Assembly: GCA_951406725.2 (NCBI GenBank)
Contig: OX597820.1
Span: 15,066,001 to 15,130,000, forward strand
DNA: 64,000 bases
Direction: 5' to 3'
From: Octopus vulgaris
Taxonomy: Eukaryota
Below are positions 55,650 through 64,000 of the stretch, in pieces. The notes beneath the pieces are model-generated. The model saw nothing but the letters and a program-made list of their open reading frames with translations. It made no database searches and was not told where the DNA came from. How positions within the stretch are numbered: position 1 is the stretch's first letter; each line of letters opens with the position of its first letter. A program made the translations under genes and the position numbers.

Positions 55650-56130
55650 AAGTAGCAGAAAGATCGCCCAAAAGTGTATATAGATATTTAAATGTATTTA
55701 TATATTCATCTATACACAGATGTATGTATAATGTGTGTGTATATATTTCCATACACGTAACCATTCACTCCGCACAAAGTTTTTTAGGACGAAAATAAGA
55801 TCTAAAGTTATCTCTAAGTAGCACAGAGATCGCCCAAAAGTGTATATAGATATATAAATGTATTTATATATTCATCTATGCACACATGTATGTATAACGT
55901 GTGTGTATATATTTCCATAGAGGTAACCATTCACTCCATACAAAGTTTTTTAGCACGAAAATAAGATCTAAAGTTATCTCTAAGAAACAGAAAGATCGCC
56001 CAAAAGTGTATATAGATATTTAAATGTATTTATATATTCATCTATACACACATGTATGTATAATGTGCGTGTATATATTTCCATAGAGGTAACCATTCAA
56101 TCCATACAAAGTTTTTTAGGACGAAAATAT
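55650..56130 (+). repeat. 166-bp tandem repeat, ~2.9 copies, inside Helitron
   Basis: AGATCGCCCAAAAGTGTATA starts at 55661, 55827 and 55993. Confidence 0.93.
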
Positions 56131-56357
56131 TTATATATAAAAGAAAGGTTGTGTGTCTGTCTACTCCGATTTAGATTCCTAACTACTCCACATTTTGCGA
56201 TGCAGTTTAACCAAAACCGGGTATCTTATAGTCGTGATTCATATCGAGCCCTTCTGGGTATTAGCGCGCGTCTACGATGAGTCTATGATTTTACAAATAA
56301 TTTACCATCATTTTTTTCCATTTTAATGCATATTTTTTAAAATAAACGGAAGTAACT

Positions 56358-56870
56358 CTCAAACTTCACACCAATATGCGTGCTCATATGCGACGTAATA
56401 TCACATCAGCAGCATTTCCTCACACCCTACTTGCACTTGGCGAAGGCAAAATACCAGGGGATGAAAATGGTAATATTGCCATCGATTCCATTTGTACCAT
56501 TGTTAAGACGCCTTCTGATCTCAGAGATGCAGTGTTCCCAGATCTACAAGCTAATTATCAGAATATGGATTGGATTGGCAAAAAGGCTATACTGGCCCCG
56601 AGGAATAAAACTGTTCACCATATTAATGATGAAATGCTAAAACTCATTCCTGGGGAAGTCTATGTATATCAGTCTATCGATACAACTCCTGACCCAGAGG
56701 ACGTCATCAACTATCCAGTAGAGGTACTCAATTCCTTTGAGCACCCCGGACTACCACCACACTTTCTCAAACTTAAAGTTGGTGCCCCTATAATGCTCAT
56801 CAGAAATTTGGTTCCCCCAAAACAATGCAATGGCACACGTTTGATCGTTAAGTCCTTATCTCCCACCGTA
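56358..56870 (+). pseudogene. Helitron PIF1-like helicase fragment
   Basis: LHTNMR..KAILAPRN..V..IN..YQSID..YPVEVLNSFEHPGLPPHFLKLKVGAPIMLIRNL..CNGTRL; lacks the Walker A and C-terminal motifs. Confidence 0.92.
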
Positions 56871-56972
56871 AGCTTATATCAATATTTGCCTGAATAATCA
56901 TCATAATTCAGTGCAATCATTAACAGTACTTTCAAGCAATTCAGCCCCGAGCAACGCCGGGCAATTCTGCTA

Positions 56973-57003
<31 letters not shown>

Positions 57004-57006
<3 letters not shown>

Positions 57007-57268
57007 AACGAAACGACTGGTCAAAACAGGATACAGACAAGAGGCAGTCATAATACAGCGATAGGTCACGATTGGTCAGAATGTTGATGACGTACCGTTC
57101 TGCTTGACTAAAGCCACCTAACGAAACGATTGGTCAAAACGTTGATGACGTCACGCTACGCTGGACTGACCACCTAACAGGCATTATAAAACCCGAACAA
57201 CTCACAAGACTCACTAGAATCACCCAGCGAACATCCACCATGGGTCATCACAATTGCTCAAGGTAAAA
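57004..57268 (+). promoter_or_regulatory. Promoter-like cassette (repeated CCAAT/CRE, TATA, Inr-like, Kozak ATG, splice donor)
   Basis: ATTGG at 57071 and 57129; TGACGTA 57088 and TGACGTCA 57146; TATAAAA 57185; TCACT 57211; CCACCATGG 57235-57243; AAG|GTAAAA at 57262/57263. Confidence 0.45.
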
Positions 57269-57612
57269 ATGAATTCCTCGCTCTTTCGGGAACATCAATC
57301 TTCTGTATTGACTACTTTCCACCACTTTGATCTGTTTTTTGTATTGAATACGTATCGCCTCCGTGGGCCACTGCATCGAACACTTTGAACATATAGCATG
57401 AATGAACTTACTTCAAACTATATTTGAACTTTAAAGATGTCTGACTCCGTTGTGTATTATAAATGAATTTCTTGTGTTTGACGGCATGAGCTGTCTTTTT
57501 TTATATATAACTCTTTTTGATAAGGTTCATTTCAGGAACTGAAACATGTTATAATGTATATATAAAAATTAAAAATTGTATAATATAGCAGCATTTTCGA
57601 ACTTCATTTTTT

Positions 57613-57687
<75 letters not shown>

Positions 57688-57711
57688 CATATATACATAC
57701 ACACACACATA

Positions 57712-58445
57712 ATGCATATATGGGTACAGGACGTCACCAACAGTAAACATGAAATACGAAAGCAAATGAGTTCAATATGCAAACAACAAGAGAAACAAAT
57801 GGGAAGCAAGACAACATAAAGAACGACCCTTTATCAATTGTCGGCTGTTTATATACTCCCTATTTCGAGTACTGAACGACAATATGAGTCTTCGAATACA
57901 GTTGTTCCCATAAGTACCAAAATAAAATTTGGGATTTATGTAGGATCAAAATTGGGAACAAAAACAGGATAGTGGAGACATACAAGGAAACCGAACGAAA
58001 ACTAACATGGAGGGTCGTTAGACCGGAACGCTGAAGAAATATTTTCTTTGACAAGAGAAAAGATAGAAGAGAGAGATAAGATACGTGCTGTCCTTAAGAC
58101 AGTCCTGAAAGAAAATAAAGATGATTACGTGAGGCAGAGAAAGATGGGCGGTGGTCACGTGTGAGCAATGAGGGAGAGAAACAAAAAGAGGGAGAGAAAG
58201 AGAGACAGATAGAAAATGGTTGAGGAAAGGAACAAAGGGAATTAGAGAAGGATGAGAGAAAAAAGAGTATAAAGTAGAGAATGCTCAAAATGGGGAGTAG
58301 AGAGAAAGCCGACAACTGATGAAGGGTCGTTCTTTGTGTTACTTGTCCTGTTTTCCATTTTTTTTCTCTCGTTGTTTGCGTATCGAACTCATTTGCTTTC
58401 GTAATTTATATTTACTGTTGGTGACGTCCTGTACCCATATATGCA
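57712..58445. mobile_element. Penelope-like fold-back, ~165-bp diverged arms
   Basis: 57712-57871 vs 58281-58445 are imperfect reverse complements (ATGCATATATGGGTACAGGACGTCACCAACAGTAAA ends); CTGATGA at 58316. Confidence 0.7.
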
Positions 58446-58524
58446 TGTGTATTCACACACACACACGCACATACACACATACATACATATATATATATAT
58501 ATGTGCATATATATATTATTTATA

Positions 58525-58742
58525 TATGTGTGTGTGTTTCTGTTAATCCCCCATCACCGCTTGACAACCGGTGTTGGTGTGTTTACATTCCCGTAAATCA
58601 GCGGTTCGGCAAAAGAAACCGAGACAATAAGTATCAGGCTTAAAAAATAAGTCCTGGGGTCGATTCATTCGACTAAAAATTCAAGGCGTTGCCCCAGCAT
58701 GGTCGTAGTCTTATGACTGAAACAAGTAGAAGATAAAAGATA
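58525..58742 (+). mobile_element. SINE family A, 3' half
   Basis: CGCTTGACAACCGG...GACTGAAACAAGTA. Confidence 0.85.
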
Positions 58743-58749
58743 TATATAT

Positions 58750-58934
58750 GGCAAGCTGGCCGAATTGTTAGAACATCGGCTCGTGGCATTTTGTCCGTCT
58801 TCACGTTCCGAGTTCAGATGCCGCCGAGGTTGGTTTGCCTTTCATCCTTTACGGGGAGATAAAATAAGTACCAGTTGAACACTGGGGTCGATGTAATTGA
58901 CTTAACACAAGTGCTGGCCTTGTGTCAAAATTTG

Positions 58935-58938
<4 letters not shown>
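58750..58938 (+). mobile_element. SINE family B variant
   Basis: GGCAAGCTGGCCGAA head; GCCTTTCATCC..AAGTACCAGTTG core. Confidence 0.8.
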
Positions 58939-60473
<1,535 letters not shown>

Positions 60474-60495
60474 ATATATATATAGGTATAGGTAT

Positions 60496-60897
60496 ATTCT
60501 TCTTTACTTGTTTCAGTTATTAGGCGGCGGGCATACAGGGGTTTTCGTCGAACAAATCCACCCCAAATCTTTGTTATTTTCTTTTTTTTAATTCTAGTAC
60601 TAATTCTATCGGTCTCTTTTGCTGAACCGCTAAGTGATAGGGACATTAACAAAACAACACCGGTTGTCAAGCGGGTTGGAGGGCAAACACACACACACAC
60701 ACAGACACACACACATATATATATATATATATATGACAAGCTTTCCTACAGTTTTCGCCGACTAAATTCAATCACAAAGCATCGGTCAACCCAGAGCTTT
60801 GGTAGAAGATACTTGCCCAAGGTGCCGCGCAATGGGCCTGAACTCGAAACCACGTGGTTGCGAAGAACGCTTCCTCACCACAAAGACATGCCTGCGC
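60496..60897 (-). mobile_element. SINE family A, diverged
   Basis: Homology across the full length. Confidence 0.85.
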
Positions 60898-61665
60898 TAA
60901 TATATATATGTGTGTGTGTGTGTATGTGTGCGTATATGTGCACAATGCATATGCGTGCATTTCTGTAAATGGCACAGACAGACTGACGGACAGACAGACT
61001 GACGGACAGACAATGGCAGATGCAGTCAGAGAAGAAAGAAATAATTAGGAGATTAAAATAGTATTTGAAGCGTCGCACAATTAATGCTCACAGCAGACAA
61101 TCTTAACTGTCTTTATTACATACAGCAGGTCTGTTTAAGTGAACATATTTAGTGGCGTATTTAAGAAGTTAGCGTTACAGTAATAAGGCAGATATATGTC
61201 TGTGGCTTTCAATTGGCTAAAATTATACATTTGCAAACTTTAAAAGCTGTTAACTCTTTATTTATTCATTTATGGCGAAAATGAATTTCATGTAAATGTT
61301 TACCATACAAAACTACATCACATCACCAAATATAAAATCAAATCGAACGAAAATTGCAGAAACTGAAATGTGGTAGTCAGATAGAAAAGATCCTAGTTGG
61401 ATTTCGAACCAGAATCGCCAGTGTACAAAATAAAGTAGACACATATATTTTATAAGTTTAAAAAATTAATTTTCTATATATGCAAGATGACAGACTTTTA
61501 AATAAACTTCTAAATATTTATTCCAACAATAATCGAACAAGGAAAAAAAACCTGTCTACATCAAAATTGTTTTACCTTCATCTGATAATGAAATATCCGA
61601 TAGCTTTAATCAAGTGTGTGTAAGAGAGAGGGAGAGTAAGAAGTGTGTGTTTATGAGTGTGTTCC

Positions 61666-61731
<66 letters not shown>

Positions 61732-61884
61732 TACACATATATGTGCAGATGTACATACATATATATGTATATATTCTCATCCAAAATGAGACGAGTGCCA
61801 ATGATGTACACTTGAATAAATCGCTCTACATGAAACCATTGGTAGCCTTGTTATTCTACAAATAAAGAATATTTATCCACCAAT

Positions 61885-62030
61885 GTTGGCTGTGTGGTCA
61901 TCAAACTCACTTGCAATGACGCGGTTTAGGGTTCAGTCCCACTGTGCGGCATTTTGGGCATGTGTCTTCTACTATAATTCCAGGCTGACCAATGCCTTTG
62001 TTGATAGAAACTGCTTCGAACACCCATGTA

Positions 62031-62088
<58 letters not shown>

Positions 62089-62315
62089 TGCGTGTGTCTG
62101 CGTGTGTATGTGGGCTTTTGTGTTTGAGTCTGTCATTCAACAGAGTTGGTTTGGTTACATCCTCGTAACTTTGCAGTGTGGCAAGAGAGAATGGTAGAAT
62201 AAACACCAAACTATTTTTTTAAAAGAGACTGGACTATTTGTACGACTAAAACCCTTCGTCAAAGAGCTCCAGAATGGTCGCAGTCCCATGACTGAAACAC
62301 ATAAGAGATTAAGAG
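61885..62315 (+). mobile_element. SINE family A, old diverged copy
   Basis: TGGCTGTGTGGTC, GGGTTCAGTCCCACTG, GTGTCTTCTACTATA, GACTGAAACA motifs. Confidence 0.8.
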
Positions 62316-62329
62316 ACATACATTAGTAA

Positions 62330-62925
62330 CCAATACCACCACCATCACCACCACCACCACCACCACCACCACCACCACCACCACCACCATCACCGCCTCT
62401 ACCATCATCCCCTATACACACATACATACACACACAGGCAGCCTATACACACATACATACACACACAGGCAGCAGCACCACCACCACTACCACCACCATC
62501 ACCACTACCACCACCATCACCACTACCATCACTATCACCAACACCACCACCACTAACACTATCACTGCCACCACTGCCCCCACACCCCACCATCACCACT
62601 ACACCCACACTACCACCACTACCACTAACACCACCACCACTGTCCCCATACCACCACCACCACCACCACCACTAACACTATCACCACCATCACCAACAAC
62701 ACCAACATTACTACCACCATCACTACCATCATCCCCTATACCACAAACAGCACCACCACCGCTACCAACTAGCACTGCCGCCACAACCACAACCACCACC
62801 ACTAACACTATCGCCACCACCACTGTCACCATCACTGCCCCCACACCACAACCACAAACACCACCACTAACACCACCACCACTGTCACCATCACCGCCAT
62901 CAGTACCACCACCACCAACCCCCAC
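62330..62925. repeat. Degenerate (CCA)n tract
   Basis: Direct inspection. Confidence 0.9.
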
Positions 62926-63008
62926 ATCCAATCTACTTATCGGGCAAATCAATACGGCCAACTTCAATTACTATTTGCTTTTTGTTGTTTTTCTTGTTTA
63001 CTTTATAC

Positions 63009-63076
<68 letters not shown>

Positions 63077-63176
63077 CTCTATATGGATGAGTACAAGTCA
63101 TATGTATGTGTATATATATGCAAATATGCATTTGGATGTCTGTATATAAATAAGGTAGCAGGATGAGTATTTGTCA

Positions 63177-63223
<47 letters not shown>

Positions 63224-63279
63224 ACATACACACACACACATACATACATACAAGTGACTACACACACGCACGCAAATAT

Positions 63280-63965
63280 CAGTAATCCCTCGACTATCGC
63301 GGGTGTTATGTCCTCAAACGCCTCCACCCCCCACCCCCGCGATAGTTGAAAATCCGCGAAGTAGAAACAGTACGGATACTCTTTTACTCCTTTACTCTTT
63401 TATTTGTTTCAAGTCATTTGACTGCGGCCATGCTGGAGCACTACCTTTAGTCGAACAAATCGACCCCAGGACTTAATCTTTGTAAGCCTAGTACTTATTC
63501 TATCGGTTCTCTTTTGCGGAACCGCTAAGTTACGGGGACGTAAACACACCAGCATCGGTTGTCAAGAGATGGTGAGGGGACAAAAATATAGACACACAAA
63601 CATACACACACGCACATATATATGTATATTTAAATATACGACGGGCTTCTTTCAGTTTCCATCTACCAAATCCACTCACAAGGCTTTGGTCGGCCCGAGG
63701 CTATAGTAGAAGATACTTGCCCAAGGTACCATGCAGTGGACTGAACCCGGAACCAAGCTACTTACCATACAGCCACTGCTGTATACTTTTCCCTTATAAT
63801 TTGTATATATTTATTTTATTATAAATGCAAAACGAGACTACGGAGGGATCGACGCAAACATAAATAATAAACCGCTGTAAGTGGAAAGCGATAAATGAGC
63901 CGCGATAAATGAGCCGCGATAAATGAGCCGCGATAGATGAACCGCGATATGGCGAGGCATTACTG
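63280..63965. mobile_element. Tigger/pogo-like MITE split by a SINE
   Basis: TIRs CAGTAATCCCTCGACTATCGCGG / CCGCGATATGGCGAGGCATTACTG followed by TA; subterminal 14-bp repeats CCGCGATAAATGAG. Confidence 0.8.
63378..63780 (-). mobile_element. SINE family A inserted in the Tigger-like MITE
   Basis: Homology to family A; short head deletion. Confidence 0.9.
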
Positions 63966-64000
63966 TACACACGTACACAGTCATGCACTTAGATATATAA

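Larger units (their letters stand above)
54695..56973 (+). mobile_element. Composite non-autonomous Helitron (~2.3 kb)
   Basis: A|TC start, 3' hairpin CCCGAGCAACGCCGGG plus CTAG|T end, internal second 5' end at ~56130, helicase fragment. The 5' boundary is inferred. Confidence 0.8.

Noticed and set aside
56376-56897. Host PIF1 helicase gene
   Set aside because: Internal fragment only, bounded by Helitron termini.
62599-62967. Gly/Val-rich ORF resembling a structural protein
   Set aside because: Reverse translation of a degenerate (CCA)n tract.

Overview
AT-rich, microsatellite-saturated eukaryotic non-coding DNA (intergenic or a very large intron). The repeat content suggests an octopus/cephalopod genome, an inference from recalled repeat families with no search run. 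No intact host gene is supported; nearly all ORFs in the track are translations of simple repeats. The non-simple sequence is a mosaic of mobile elements: about 30 tRNA-derived SINE copies from at least four families, four mariner elements (two decayed full-length, two deletion MITEs), two Helitrons, hAT and Tigger-like MITEs, 5'-truncated LINEs (R4/Dong-like, CR1-like, RTE-like), and many Penelope-like fold-back relics. Five observations stand out. (1) There are several type I hammerhead-ribozyme folds, one with a fully canonical core inside a near-perfect 213-bp fold-back and others with non-canonical cores. (2) Restriction-like-endonuclease (RLE) LINEs partition by microsatellite: (TAA)n versus an apparent (TACA)n-associated family. 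(3) SINE multimers reuse one self-complementary junction at independent loci. (4) An RTE-like 3' end encodes three C2H2 zinc fingers. (5) There is a composite Helitron, plus a compact promoter-like cassette. Coordinates were read by eye and may be off by a few bases at diverged ends.
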